64,000 nt of DNA from Hyaloraphidium curvatum SAG 235-1 (lineage: Eukaryota; Fungi; Monoblepharomycota): positions 310,001 through 374,000 of the forward strand of contig JAIVFI010000013.1 in NCBI GenBank assembly GCA_025558095.1, read 5' to 3'. A program made the position numbers and the translations under genes. Below are positions 34,685 to 47,497 of the stretch, one piece after another. The first letter of the stretch is position 1. The number at the start of each line of letters is the position of its first letter. The notes under the pieces are model-generated. The model did not search any database. It was not told the DNA's origin and saw only the letters and a list, made by a program, of their open reading frames with translations.

Positions 34685-37145
34685 ATGGCGTGGCAGCCTC
34701 CACCGGGCATGGGTCCGCCGCCCGGGCTGCCCGGCATGCCGCCCGGCATGCCACCGATGGGCGTCCCGGGCGCGTTTCCCCCCCAGATGCCGCCTTTCCC
34801 GCCGCCACCCGGGTGGGCGCCGGCTCCGGCTTTTGCACCTCGACCAGGGATGCCGGGCCTTCCCGGAATGCCCCCGATGCCGTCGAGGCTGCAGATTTGG
34901 ACCACGCACACGACGTCGGACGGCCGCACCTACTACTTCAACTCGCAGAGCAAAATCACCACGTGGGAGAAGCCGGAGGAGCTCAAGACCCCGTTCGAGG
35001 TGCGTGACGCGTCGTATTGCCCGGCCGCACGAGTCTGACGCGTCCGATGGCCCCAGCGCGCCCTCGCCGCGCTGCCGTGGAAAGAGTTCACCGACAAGGG
35101 CTCCGGAAAAAAGTACTACTACAACGCAAACACAAAGCAGACAGTCTGGGAGATGCCGTTGGAATGGAAGGAGTTGCTGGACAAGAAGGAGAGCGGGGAG
35201 CTGCCGGAGTGGGTGCCACGATTCCGTCTTCCTGCGGCGTCCTCTGACCTGACCGGACCAGCGAGCTGCCCTCGGAGACCAACGGCCTCGGCACGCCCGA
35301 CTCGGCGGCTCGTACCGAGCCCGATCGAGCGGACGTCGTGGTCGAGTTCAAGACGCGCGAGGAAGCCGAGGACGCCTTCATTGAAATGCTCAAGGAGCAT
35401 GTGGGTCCTTCGCCTGTCGCGCCCTGCTCGCTCCCGACCTCTAACGCGCGTGTCGCACCCTGTAGAACATCTCCTCCACCTACACATGGGAACAGGCCAT
35501 GCGGAGCATCGTCGCCGACCCCATGTACCGCGCCCTCAAAACGCTCTCGGAGCGGAAGCAGGCCTTTGTGCGGTACACGGAGGAGCGCCGGCGGCACGAG
35601 CGGGAGGAGCAGCGGAAAAAGTTCGTGCGGGACCGGGAGGCCTACCGCGCCATGCTGGAGTCGATGCCCGAGATCAAGCCGACGACGCGGTGGAGGCGCG
35701 CGCTTTCGCGGATCAAGGACAAGCCCGAGTTCCTGGCCATCGCCAACGACAAGGAGCGCGAGGAGCTGTTCGAGCAGTATGTCGACGAGCTGCGCCGCAA
35801 GGACATCGAGGAACAACGCGCGCTCCGCCGTCGCAACGTCGACAAGCTCAAGGGGCTGCTCGCCAAGCACGGCGTGGGCCTCTTCACCCGGTGGAAGGAA
35901 GCCCAGGCGCTCTACACCGCGGACCCCGAGTTTGCTGAGGACAAGCAGCTGCAGGCGATGGACTCACTTGACTTTTTGGCCACATTCGAGGACTACATCC
36001 GCGGGCTCGAAGCCGAGGACACCGAGGCCAAGCGGCGCGCCGAGACCATGAAGCGCCGTCGGGAGCGCAACAACCGCGAGGCGTTCTGGGGCCTGCTCCA
36101 GGACCTCGTCGAACGCGGGGTCCTCACCACGACGACCAAGTGGAAGCAGATCTTCCCCGTGATCAAGGACGACCCGCGGTACCTCCACATGCTCGGCCAG
36201 GGCGGGTCCAACCCGCTCGAGATGTTCTGGGACATCCAGTACGACATGGAGGAACGGTACCAGACCGAGCGGAGGCTCGTGAGCGACATGATGCGGGTGG
36301 GTGGCCGCCGTTGCGTGCTTCGTGTTGTTGTTGTGCTCATCCTCCGCTCCCCTTTTTCGCAGAACCTCAACATCGTCGTCAACCTGGACACCTCCTTCCC
36401 CCTCTTCCTCGCACAGTTCTCGGACGAGCGCATCAACACGGTAGACAAGTCGATCCTGCGGATGGTTTTCGAGGAGCAGCTGGCCAAGGCGCAGCACCGC
36501 CAGCGGGAGGAGCGCCGCCGCGAGGAGAAGCGGCTTCGCAAGAAGCTCGACGCGCTCAAGCAGGCCCTGAAGCGGCTCGACCCGCCCGTCACTGGCGAAT
36601 CGAGCTGGGACGAAGTGCAGCCCCGCGTGGCGGGGAAAGCCGATGTCGAGGGGGTGCCCGAGGACATGCAGGCCGAGGTGTTCGAGAAGCTGCGGAGGCG
36701 GATCGCGGAGAATCTCCCCGACAGCGAGCCGGAGGAGGACGAGAGGGAAAGGGAGAGGGAGGAGCGCAAGCGGCGCCGGGAGAGGAGCGAGGAGCGGCCG
36801 CGGAAGGAGGCGGCGAGGAGGGACCGCAGCGACGACAGGGCAAAGAGGGACTCGAGGCGCGACCGGAGCGAGGATCGCAGGCGGAGGGATCGCAGCAGCG
36901 ACGAACGGGCGAAGCGGGACCGGGACGAACGGGGCAGGCGCGACGGCAGCCGCGAGCGGCGCTCGGGAACCAAGCACCGGGAGCGGTCACTCGGGAGCGA
37001 CGAGGAGAAGGAGCGGAGGAAGAAGCGGAAGGTGGGAGCCCCCGCTGCCGTCCCGGAGGATCCAGGCTTCATCGTTTCGGCCCCGCTCCGGCATTCCCGC
37101 TCCCCACAGGAGGATGAAGAGATCGAGGAAGGCGAGATCGTGTGA
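34685..37145 (+). CDS. PRP40: U1 snRNP-associated pre-mRNA processing factor 40 (2 WW + FF domains)
   Basis: WTTHTTSDGRTYYFN..TTWEKP, WKEFTDKGSGKKYYYN..TVWEMP, FF repeats (DPMYRALK..ERKQAF), RS/RD-rich tail and EEGEI. Confidence 0.95.
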
Positions 37146-37227
37146 GTGCACGGCGTCGTTCCCGAGCGAGCTCGCGCATGGATTGCGGAAACAATATACA
37201 TTACATCGACGAAGCTGGCGCGCAATC

Positions 37228-39313
37228 CTAGATGAGGAGCTCCTCTGTGTCTGGCGGCGGCAGGTCGTCGTCGTCGAACTTGTACGCCGCCATGGCCGTC
37301 TCGAGGGACATCTTGGCCCCCGTGTCGACGACGATCGTCGGGAGCGGCGGCACCTTCTCCTTCTCGGGCTTTTCGTCCTTGACGGGGGGGTCGTCCGCGG
37401 GCGCGGGGGTACCGCTGCCGTTGGCGGCCTCCAGGGCCGGGGTCCCCGGCAGCACGAGGCCGATGCCTATCGGAGGCCCCGGTGCGGCGGCCGGTCTCGG
37501 CGAGGGGCTCATGCCCGGGGAGGGTTGGCGTCCGGGGGACGCCGCGAGGGCAGGGGAAAGCCCCGGGCCGGGTGAGCCGAGCGCGGGCGAGAGGCCTAGG
37601 AGCGATCGATGAGGCGTCGCGGTCGGCAACAACAGCGAGCCGAACCCACCCATGCTCGCGCGCTCCGTGTCCGCGAGCCTATTCCCGCGCACCATGTCCC
37701 GGTCCCTGTTGCGCTTGTTGATCTCCGCCAGCCGGTCCATCTGCGAGCTCTGCGCCGTGCGGCTCCGCGACAGCTCCGTCAGCCGCGCCAGCTCCGCGTC
37801 GATTTTTTCGACCTCGTCCGCCGCGCCCGCCTGCGCGGCCTTTTCGCGCTCCATCGTCAGCTTGGCCCGCGCCTCGGCGAGGTTAGTCGGGACCGTCCGC
37901 AGCTGCTGCTTCTTCTGGAGCATCTCGGACATTTCCTCCTGCAAACACTTGTCACCAGGGTGTCTGCAAGCGCGCCCCCGGGAACCGCACCTTTGTGTTT
38001 GGCCGGTTCCGCTGCTTGCTCAGCTTGTCCAGCTTCTTGTCCACGTAGTCGGCGTCGGGGAACCGGACCTTGTCCGCCATCATCTGCTTCTCCCACCGCC
38101 GGAACTCGTCCTTTCGGCGCGGCAGCCGATCAGCGCCCGAGCTCGGCGGGGCGCGTGTGCGCGCCCTCACCTCCGTGATGGGCGAATTGGACACGTTGTC
38201 CATGGAAAACAGCCGCTTGGCCGCGCCGTGCGCGAGCATCAGCCCGGTGCGGCTCATCTGCCCCGTCTGGTTGTCGAGCTTGTACACCCGGCGGTACTCC
38301 TGCACGTCGTCGACGCGGCAGACGCGGTAGACCTGCTTGTCGTTCGGGCCGGAGCCCTGCAGCAGGTAGCGCACGAAGCAGCCTGGGGGATGAATGAGCC
38401 GGGGGGCCCGCGGAGTCGGCACGGCGACGGCTACCGGTGACGATGTCGGCAAAGTAGGGGAACATGTCCCATTTAGCCAACTCGACGCGCCGCAGCGTGA
38501 TCGACCGCAGCTGCTCCAGGGAAATCTCGAGCTTGGGCTGCCACACAGGACGGCAACGGACGCAGAGGGTCAGGGGACCTCTCGGCGACACCCCGTCCGC
38601 GCGTGACCCACCACGGCCGACTTTTTCTTGTCGTTGTCCGAGTCGCTGTCCCCCCCCGCGTACGCGATGCCCTGCTTCTTGGCGTTCCGCTTGTCCTTGA
38701 GCTCGCCCAGGCCCTTGGACTTTGCCGTCCGGTCGTTTGTCGCCCGCGACGTCCTCCCTGGCAAGGGGAAGGGGGGCGAATCGGCTTCCGGTCCTCCCCG
38801 TCGCGTCTCGGCGAGAAACCCACGCGACTTTGCCGCGCCCTGCTTCTCCTTGAACCTCTGCCGCAGCTCGAGCCGGTCCCTGTAGTCCTGTTTCTTCTGG
38901 TCGCGCTCTGCCAGGATCTGCTGGCGCTCCAGCTCTGTCATGTCCATCAGCCGCCGCCTGTCCCTGTCGTCGATGTACAGGTCGTCGCCGTACGACTCGA
39001 CCTCCTTGCGCAGCCGCTCCAGCTCTGCGTCGCCGTCCGACTCGGCGGCATCGCTCTGCGGGCTGGGCTGGCGGGCGCGGGTTGCGGGGCGCCGCTTGGG
39101 CTTCGCGGCCTCCGACGAGGCCGAGTCCGAGTCCGAGTCCGAGTCCGAGGCGGTCGACGAGGCGGACGACTCGTCCGAGTCCGATCCGCGCCGGCGCTTC
39201 TTCTTTGCGGCCTTCTGCTTCTTCTTCGCGGCGCCCTTCTTTGCGGCGGCGGCGCGCTTCTTGCCCTTTGCGAGCGCGAGGTATTCGTCGTCGGAATCGG
39301 ACTCGGAGGACAT
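37228..39313 (-). CDS. RTF1: PAF1 complex subunit Rtf1 (Plus3 domain)
   Basis: YGDDLYIDDRDRRRLMDMTELERQQILAER, GCFVR, LAHGAAKRLFSMDNVSNSPIT, EINKRNR. Confidence 0.92.
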
Positions 39314-39436
39314 CTCGGTGTGGTGGTGGATGAGCTCGGGAAGTCGCGACTGCGATCAGTCGCGAGTCGGACACGCCTCAACAACTGTCAACAGAGGCAA
39401 GCATATTGGAGGCGACCTCTGGGTCGCGCGGCCGGC

Positions 39437-40651
39437 ATGGCAGGCCGACCTCTTGCGGTGCCGCCGGGCAGCGCGGCGGGGCAGTGGGCGCCCCGCAACG
39501 CGGGCTTCGGATCCCCCGTCCCGCTCGCGCCGTTCGCCCTCGCGGGCAGCCTGCCGGGCATGTTCTCGTCGTCGGTGGCGCCGCGCCCGCTCGGCCTCGT
39601 GCGGCACCCGCCCGCCCCCGCGCTGCGCCCCGCCGCACCGCGCCCCCCCTCGGCCACCCGCTGCGCGCCGTGCGACCGCGACTTTGCGACTCCCGCGCAG
39701 CTGGCTGCCCACGTCGCCACGCACGCAAAGTGCTCGGCGTGCGACTTTCGCGCCGCGAAAAAGGTGGTCTCGCTGCACGAGGAGGAGGTGCACGGCGTCG
39801 TGGACACGGGCGGCGTGGTGGTCGGCCGCATAGAGACCCCAGAGGAGATCGCGCGCTGGATAGAGGAGAGGAAGAAGAACTACCCGACCGAGGAGAACCT
39901 GAGGAGAAAGGCGGAGGAGGCCGCGAAGCGCGCCAGGGAGGCTTCCGAGAGGGGTCACGGCGCCGGGGCGGGAGGCCCGCACGCAAAGCGCGCCCGCACG
40001 GCCGGCCCCGACGGCCGCAACCCGCCGCCCCCCTTCCGCAGCATCTTCAAGCCGTCGCCGCTCGCCGGCCCCGGCGGGAAGCGCAGGCCGCTGCTGGCAT
40101 CGCTGCTGGAGCGGGACGTGAGGCGAGAGCGCGAGCTGCTGCTGCAGTGCGCGCGCTTCTTTGTCGCAAACAACTTTTTCCTCGGCGCGCCGCTGCCGCC
40201 GGAGGAGGAGGGGGAGGAGGAGAGGCCGCTGATCGAGGTCATCGGCGAGGAGGACGCCCCGGAGGACCTCCAAATCGAGACCGAGGCAGACGGACCGGGA
40301 CAGGTCTCGATCGAGGACTCGAGGGGAAAAGGATCGAACGGCAGTGGCCTCGACGTTGCTGGAGTGCCGCCTGAAGGACCTGTCGAGCCTTTGGGTCCCG
40401 CAGCCGAGGCCTCCGAGCCGGCCCCACGCCAGCGCCCCGCCCCTTCCGCCCTCCCCCTCGCCGACTACGCCGGCTCCTCCGACGGCTCCTCCTCCGACAC
40501 CACCGACTCGGAAGCCGATTTTGTCGCGCGCCACGCGTTTGCCCTCGGCAAGCCGCAGCGCCGCCCCCGGCCCGCCCCCGCGGAGGGCGCCGACGACCCC
40601 GGCTGGGGCGCGCCGGATGCCGAGGACGAGGTCGACTTTGAGGTCGAGTAG
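39437..40651 (+). CDS. NUFIP1: NUFIP1/Rsa1-like box C/D snoRNP assembly factor
   Basis: C2H2 fingers (CAPCDRDF..H, CSACDF..H), ETPEEIARWIEERKKNYPT, LLQCARFFVANNFF. Confidence 0.85.
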   Translation: MAGRPLAVPPGSAAGQWAPRNAGFGSPVPLAPFALAGSLPGMFSSSVAPRPLGLVRHPPAPALRPAAPRPPSATRCAPCDRDFATPAQLAAHVATHAKCSACDFRAAKKVVSLHEEEVHGVVDTGGVVVGRIETPEEIARWIEERKKNYPTEENLRRKAEEAAKRAREASERGHGAGAGGPHAKRARTAGPDGRNPPPPFRSIFKPSPLAGPGGKRRPLLASLLERDVRRERELLLQCARFFVANNFFLGAPLPPEEEGEEERPLIEVIGEEDAPEDLQIETEADGPGQVSIEDSRGKGSNGSGLDVAGVPPEGPVEPLGPAAEASEPAPRQRPAPSALPLADYAGSSDGSSSDTTDSEADFVARHAFALGKPQRRPRPAPAEGADDPGWGAPDAEDEVDFEVE

Positions 40652-40806
40652 CCGCCCGTGCGCGCGAGGCAAGTGAGAGGCAAGAGATGGATAATACATT
40701 CTTGTAACCGACATCGAGACCGAGCCCCAACCAGCACCGTCCGTCCTTCCCCGTCCCGGCCGCCGGCCCGCTGGCGTCGGCGGCACCAGCATCAGAGTCC
40801 AGCAGG

Positions 40807-41705
40807 CTACTTTCCGCTCCGTGCGTGCTTTGTGAGCCACTGTGACGCAGCAGCGAGACAAGGAAAGGTCGACCAGATGGGCACAGGGCAAGCAGGTTCG
40901 GAAGCCACGATGGGATAGCGACGGTCAGCGATGGAGCCACACCGCAGCTCCCGACGCGTACCTGCAAGGTCAGGTCGATGTTGACGTGGTTCTTTGCCGA
41001 GATGGAATAGCACGCGACCTCCCTCCCCTGGATGCCCTTGAGCCCCAGCTGCTCGATGATCTGGTCCGCCGTGAGCGCCCCCGCCAGGTCGTTCTTGTTT
41101 CCCAGCACCAGCACGGGGATCCCGTTCAGCTGCGGCTTCTCCAGCAGCGTCTGGAGCTCCTGCCGCGCGGCGGGGACCTTGGACAGGTCCGCCGAGTCGA
41201 GCACGAAGCTGCGCCGGCCGGGACACGCGGGGCGTCAGCGTCCGTCCCATCTGGACCCGCGATGCGCGCCGCGGACCCACACTATCGCGTTCACGCCGCG
41301 GCAGTAGCGCTCCCACATGCTCCGGAACCGCGCCTGGCCGCCCAGATCCCACAGCTCCATCGGACGTCAGCCGCACCCGAGTGCAGAGCAGGCGGCGCCG
41401 CACCTTCATCGTCACGTTGCCCTTTGTCACCTTGCGCATGTTGAAGCCGACCGTCGGGATCATGTCCTCGCTGAACTGGCCCGACTGCGGGGGGCGTGAG
41501 CGGGGCGCACCCGGGCAGCCCGCCGGCGCACCCACGCAGATCACGTTGACCAGCGTCGTCTTGCCCGAGTTCTGCAGGCCGACCAGCGTGAGCTCCATCT
41601 CCTGCGGGCGCGGGTGAGCGGGGCGGGCGATGGCGCGCGGCCGCCGACCTCCTTGAAGAAGAGCGAGCGCAGCCAGTCGAGGAACCACGACACCCAGGAC
41701 GACAT
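40807..41705 (-). CDS. ARL8: ADP-ribosylation factor-like GTPase 8 (many short exons)
   Basis: [11 protein letters not shown]|[57 protein letters not shown]. Confidence 0.95.
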
Positions 41706-41875
41706 GGCGCCGGGGCCGCGGCGCGGCGGGCGGGCGGGGCGAGGAGGCGATAGGCGGGTGTGAGATCGACGCGTCGGTGCGTGCACCCATCACGCGATTC
41801 CGATCGCAGCATCGCCGGACGTGCCGTCGATCGCACTGAAAAGTACACGCCGTGCTACTGCCAGCCCGCCGCCCG

Positions 41876-43246
41876 CTACAGCTTCATCGGCCGCGGGTGC
41901 TCCGACCCGTCCGCGCTGGACGACCGCGCCGACGACGGCCGCCGCGCCATCGGCCGCTCCCCCGGCGTCGCCGCAGCGAGGTTCGTCATGGCCGAGCTGA
42001 ACTGCGCCGCCGCGCCCGCGAACCCGTCCACCGGCTCGGGCACCGGCTTGGGCATGCCCCGCGCGCCGCCGCCGTCCTTGAGGCGCTCCGTCAGGAAGAG
42101 GATCTGCTGCTGCATCACCTGGCACTGCGCCCGCAGGCTCTGCATCTCCTCGCGCGAGCGGAAGCTCTCGTTCATCACCGCCATGTTGTGCCGCAGGTCC
42201 ATCGACGCCATGTCGGCCGTGATGGACTGCACGTCGGCCGTCACGCGCTCGTTGTCGGCCGTCAGCCGGTCGATGTGCGGCAGCAGGTCCACCGGCGGCG
42301 CCAGCGTAGCAATATCGCGCACCAGGTCCGCGCGCACGGTGCCGATCATGTCCCGCAGCTGCGCCACCTCGCCGCGCAGCATCCGGTTCTCGTTGAGCAG
42401 CTGCTCGTACCGCCACTGCTGCAGCTCCACGAAGGGCCGGATGGCCTCGTAGCGGCACTCGGGCAGGTGCTCGGGCTGCAGCCGCTTGCGCTCGCCGGTC
42501 CACGTGCAGCCGACGGGCGCCATGGGGCACTCGGTGACGGCCTCGGCGCACGTCTCGAGGTGCGCGGGCAGGTCGCCCCGGACCACCTCGGCGCCGCACC
42601 ATCGGCAAACGGTGTCCTCGCCGGGGCACTCGGCCGGGTGGGTCTGGCGGGCACGGGGCGGGGTGAGCGATCGCGATCTGCGGGGCAGACTGGGGAAGCC
42701 CACCTCGGCGTCCTTGACCGCCACGGCCTCCTGGCACTTTTCGCACACGTACTCCCTGTACTCGCAGGTGTCCACGTGCGTTTCCAGGTCCGCCTTGGAC
42801 AGCATCTCGCCGCAGCCGCGGAACGGGCACGGCTCCGTGGCGTACTGGCAGTCATCGCGGATGTGCGAGGCCAGGAACTGGCGCTGGCCCGTGTGCGTGC
42901 AGCCTGCGGCGGCGTTGGGACACCGTACCACCAGCTCGTTGATCATGTTGACGATGATCTTGTTGGCGGGCGCGAGGTCGCCGCGGCCGGCCGGCCTGCG
43001 GTCGACGGGGCAGAAGCCGAGGCGGTCGACGGCGGCCTCGATGCACTCGCGGCAGAAGGTGTGGCCGCACGGCGCGACGGTGACGGGGTCGACGAACGGC
43101 GCCTGGCACACGCCGCAGACGAGGTGCGGGTTGACGCGGTCGCCGTCGGTGTATTCGAAGGAGTACGAGACGGGCTGCGGCGACAGAGGCGCAGGCGCAG
43201 CGGGGCCGCCCGCCGCCGCCGCCGCATCAATAGGCTGGGGCGGCAT
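41876..43246 (-). CDS. RING finger + TRAF-type zinc finger E3 ligase-like protein
   Basis: [30 protein letters not shown], repeated TRAF zinc fingers, coiled coil. Confidence 0.88.
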   Translation of the reverse strand: MPPQPIDAAAAAGGPAAPAPLSPQPVSYSFEYTDGDRVNPHLVCGVCQAPFVDPVTVAPCGHTFCRECIEAAVDRLGFCPVDRRPAGRGDLAPANKIIVNMINELVVRCPNAAAGCTHTGQRQFLASHIRDDCQYATEPCPFRGCGEMLSKADLETHVDTCEYREYVCEKCQEAVAVKDAEVGFPSLPRRSRSLTPPRARQTHPAECPGEDTVCRWCGAEVVRGDLPAHLETCAEAVTECPMAPVGCTWTGERKRLQPEHLPECRYEAIRPFVELQQWRYEQLLNENRMLRGEVAQLRDMIGTVRADLVRDIATLAPPVDLLPHIDRLTADNERVTADVQSITADMASMDLRHNMAVMNESFRSREEMQSLRAQCQVMQQQILFLTERLKDGGGARGMPKPVPEPVDGFAGAAAQFSSAMTNLAAATPGERPMARRPSSARSSSADGSEHPRPMKL

Positions 43247-43496
43247 CGCTTCCGTGGCGCACTGGCACACTGTGTGTGTGTGTGGGGGAGGGGGCAATGT
43301 GCGGGCACGGGCCGCAACTCCAAACAACCATCTTTTCGCTTTCTTGGCCGCCTCACGTGCACGCCCTGCTGCCTAGGAGAGGGCGCAGAAGGCCGCCTAC
43401 ATCGCTTGAGGCCGTCTAGGCTCCGCAGCGCCCGACGCACGGGCCGCCCGGCGTCCCGCCGCATCTTTTCCACCTCCCCCTTCCCCCGACCCGAAA

Positions 43497-45765
43497 ATGG
43501 CCTCCTTCTACAACCTCAAGGCCATCACGGCCGTGCCGACGGCCGATGCCTTTGTCGACATCACGCTGTCGAAGCTGCAGCGCAAGACACCCACGGTTAT
43601 CCACCCCTGTGCGTGCCCGCCGCGGCAGTCTCCCTCCCGCCTCGCTGACTCCCGGAAACCCGGTCCTGCCCGCCTACCCTGGCGGAAACAGCCTACCAAA
43701 TCACCCGCATCAGGCACTTCTACATGCGCAAGGTCAAGTTTGCCCAGGACGCGTTCGAGGAGCGGCTGGATCAGATCCTGAAGGAGTTTCCCAAGCTCGA
43801 CGTGAGTAGCGCCAGCAGGGAATGGAGCTGGACTCGGCTGGACTCGACTGGGGGCGGCGCTTGCCTCTTCTTTGGCATGATCTTTGGAGAGGCGTCGTGG
43901 ACGGGTTTTCTGTTGAGTCTGTGGGCTAACAGCCACCCCTTCCCTTTTCAGGAGATCCACCCGTTCTACGCGGACCTGCTCAACGTGCTGTATGACCGCG
44001 ACCACTATAAGCTCGCCCTGGCCCAGCTCAGCACGGCCAAGCACCTGATCCAGAACGTCGGCAAGGACTACGCGCGCCTCCTCAAGTTCGGCGACTCGCT
44101 GTACCGCTGCAAGCAGCTCAAGCGCGCCGCGCTCGGCCGCATGTGCACCGTCATGAAGCGCCAGAAGGACTCGCTGGCGTACCTCGAGCAGGTCCGCCAG
44201 CACATGGCCAGGCTGCCGTCCATCGACCCCAACACGCGCACGCTGCTCATCTGCGGCTACCCCAACGTGGGCAAGTCGAGCTTCATGAACAAGGTCACGC
44301 GCGCGCAGGTCGACGTGCAGCCGTACGCGTTCACCACAAAGAGCCTGTTTGTCGGCCACATGGACTACCGGTACCTGAGGTGGCAGGTTGGTTTGGCGTC
44401 GTGCGGCAGTCGGAGCTCCGCTGACGGCTTCCGCCTTCCAGGTCATCGACACGCCCGGCATCCTCGACCACCCGCTCGAGGAGCGCAACACGATCGAGAT
44501 GCAGTCCATCACCGCCCTCGCCCATCTCCGCGCCTGCATCCTCTACTTCGTCGACGCCTCGGAACAGTGCGGATACACGGTCGCGCAGCAGCTCGCGCTC
44601 TACAAGTCGATCCGCCCGCTGTTTGCCAACAAGCCCACCATGCTCGTCTTTAGCAAGATCGACGCGCGCGACCCGTCCACGCTCCCTGCCGAGCAGCTGG
44701 CCGAGATCGACCGGCTCGTGGCCGAGGACAAGCTCGAGGTCCTCAAGATGTCGAGCTACACAGACGAGGGCGTGATGGAGTCGCGCAACCAGGCCTGCGA
44801 CAGGCTGCTGGCCGTGCGCGTGGAGCAGAAGCTCAAGGGGAGCAAGGTCGCGGACCGCATGAACATGCTGCACCTCGCGCTGCCCAAGCCGAGGGACGAC
44901 AGGGAGAGGCCGGCGTTCGTGCCCGAGGCGGTGGCCGGCCGCGTCAAGTACGACCGCGAGGATCCGAACCGGAAGAAGCTGGAGAGGGACATCGAGGTCG
45001 AGGCGGGCGGTGCCGGCGTTTACAACGTGGACCTCAAGAGTGGGTTTCCTTTCCACCCTGTGCCAACGCGTGCTTCTTACCGTTTTGTGCGCTCGTGCAG
45101 AAAACTACCTCCTTGCGGACGACGAGTGGAAGCACGACTCGATCCCCGAGATCATGGATGGCCACAACGTGGCCGACTTTTTCGACCCGGACATTGTCGA
45201 GCGCCTCGACGCGCTCGAGGCTGAGGAGGAGCGCCTCGAGGCGGCCGGTTTCTACGACGAGGCGGACTACGAGCTCGACTCGGACGAGGAGCGCGTGCTG
45301 GCCCAGGCGTCCGAGATCCGCTCCAAGAAGGAGCTCAAGCGGATCGAGGCCAACCTGCGCAAGGTGCGCAACGGGCCCACGGTGTCGCGCATCGCCCGGC
45401 CCCTGGCTCGCAAAGCCCAGGTCGGCAAGGAGCTGGCCGAGATCGGCGTCGAGGTGCGCGGGCGCTCCAGGAGCGTGGTTCGCGGTGCGAGGGACAGGTC
45501 CGAGGGCGCCGTGGCCATGGAGGGCGTGGAGACGGCGCGGTCGGCGAGCCGGGCGAGGAGCCGTAGCGCCGCGGCGAGGGAGCCCAGCGCGGCCGGGCTG
45601 CGCGACGAGGGCATGGTGCGCAAGGCCGAGAAGATGAAGGCCAAGTCGCAGACCAAGCGGAGCCTGCACGGGCGCAAGGGCGAGTCGGACAGGCACATTG
45701 CCGTCAAGCTCCCTAAGCATCTGTTTGCGGGCAAGAGGGGCATGGGCAAGACGGAGCGGCGGTAG
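43497..45765 (+). CDS. NOG1: Nucleolar GTP-binding protein 1
   Basis: [59 protein letters not shown]. Confidence 0.97.
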
Positions 45766-46640
45766 TCGGTGCTTTCTGGTGGACTGGTTGACGGATGAGC
45801 TGAATTCAACAATCCATTTCGTGTTCCGCTACGTGGAGAAATGCGAGAAGTGCAGTCCACGAGATTGAAGCAGTCGGCAGTGCAACCACAACCGACCATT
45901 GGCGTGAGATCCATGGGTGACAAACAGCGTTGTTCGTGGGATTAATGAGGCCGATCAGACGCCAGGAGCCATAATCTCCGGATTCCAGCACGGTGATGTC
46001 ACTATGTGCGTTGACTGGTACACACAGAAGCGCTCAACGTCCACGCTTCGATGACACGCCACACAAACAGTATTGAAGCGATCGCGATTAGTTGGCACTC
46101 TGTTGGATCGCCGAGCAGCCTTCCCCTGATGAGCTTGGGAGCTTGGGTCCGCCCAATCGGTTGCACCGATCACGTGGCCACGGTGCCGCTGGAGACCCAG
46201 AGCCAGATCGAGCAAAAGGGGGAAAGGTTCGAGTGTTTGCCTCAATGATGCGACACTGGTGGAGTTGGGGCCGGACCCCATGCAGAGCCAGGGTGGTCCG
46301 CACAGCCCCGTCGTCCCGCCCGTCCTGCCGGTGCAAGATTGCCAACACAGAAAACATCCACAAGCATAAGCATCATCCTCACATTCGAAAGCCATATCCG
46401 CTGGGTAAAGGGGGTGGCGTGCTGTGTGTGAACCTCTTCAGCGCCCCTGAGGCCGCTTCGGAGCACCCGTCCTGTGCTCGCACTCAGTAGCCACCGTAAG
46501 GACCAATCTCCCGCTTAAATCAATCTATGCTATCTTAGTCAAGTGGTTACGACGGTGGATTCAATGAATCTCCGGCGGCCCTGGTCGTTGGGAGTTTTCG
46601 GAGCAGTCCCACTCCCGAAAGGGGCGAGAGTTCGAATCTC
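45464..46640 (+). repeat. Left arm of a ~1.18-kb inverted duplication (original copy)
   Basis: Near-identical reverse complement of 49252-50423. Confidence 0.95.
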
Positions 46641-46650
46641 TCAGATAGCA
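46529..46650 (+). tRNA. tRNA-Leu(CAA), intron-containing
   Basis: Acceptor stem GCTATCT/AGATAGC+A, D-arm GTC-AAGTGGTTAC-GAC, GTGGA-TT-CAA, ~40-nt intron, long variable arm CCC-GAAA-GGG, T-arm GAGAG-TTCGAAT-CTCTC, and a T5 terminator at 46660-64. Confidence 0.85.
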
Positions 46651-47436
46651 CAGAGCCGCTTTTTGCACCATCTGTCGCCAAAACCGAATGTTCGGCGACC
46701 GGTTGCATTTGAAGAGGACTTTGGACTCTCTTTTGTGGAGTTGAGCCTGACAAGGACGCCGGCTGTGGGCGCACAATCTCTCGTCGATACCAAAAGCGTG
46801 CGTAAGTCCCAGTCCCAGCCCGACACACTCCACGTGTCACGAGTTCGCGAGTTACGAATCCCATGCGGATAAGAATCCCCCATCGGGATCCGTTCCTGGA
46901 TCCGCTTCACTCGAGTCCTCACTGTGCACACCGTTCCGCCGAGCAATCACGCGCTCCAAACCGCAAGCCTCGACCCCTGCTGACCCCACGAGTAGCGACC
47001 GCGCCATTCCCGAATTGTCCATGGGCTCCAGGCTTTGCCATCGACTGGAAGACTTTTTCCAATAATCGCAGCAGACGTATTTGGCATTCGGACTTGCTCC
47101 ACCACAAGTCCTCGCAGGAGATGATGTGCCTTGCCTCGTGTGAAGGACCGGGCCACCCGGAGGGCCTTGACCAGGGGCCGGCCGCACAGAAGGTTGGTTC
47201 GTCGAGGTCCTGCCGTAGGCCCTGAGGTGATTAGAGGTGAACTTGACCTTGGAATGGCGCTGAATCCGGGGTTGCTTGGGTTGTTTACGGGGACGGGGGA
47301 CTCGGGAGCTCCGTGAGGAGGATCCGAGGACCCAGGCGCTCGGAGAACGGCACGAAGAGGGTAGTTTGATGTCGATTGACGACGGAAGACCTCTACATGG
47401 GCTCTCTGGCCGTTCCTTTTATGGTTTTCCCCTGAA

Positions 47437-47497
47437 TGTCTGGGACATGTCTGGGACACCGTGTCCGGGATATCGTGTCCGGGACATGTCCGAGACC
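47437..47497. repeat. Five copies of the 11-bp quasi-palindrome TGTCYGGGACA
   Basis: Copies start at 47437, 47448, 47462, 47476 and 47487; the third has one mismatch and the last is degenerate. Confidence 0.85.

Noticed and set aside
38603-43648. Long antisense or alternate-frame ORFs (e.g. 41852-43648 +, 39356-40891 -; also 31676-33193 -)
   Set aside because: Shadow ORFs of real genes, caused by high GC3 and scarce stop codons.
45806-46490. Short ORFs within the repeat arms (mirrored at 49397-50081)
   Set aside because: They have no recognisable motifs, and their duplication simply reflects the inverted repeat.
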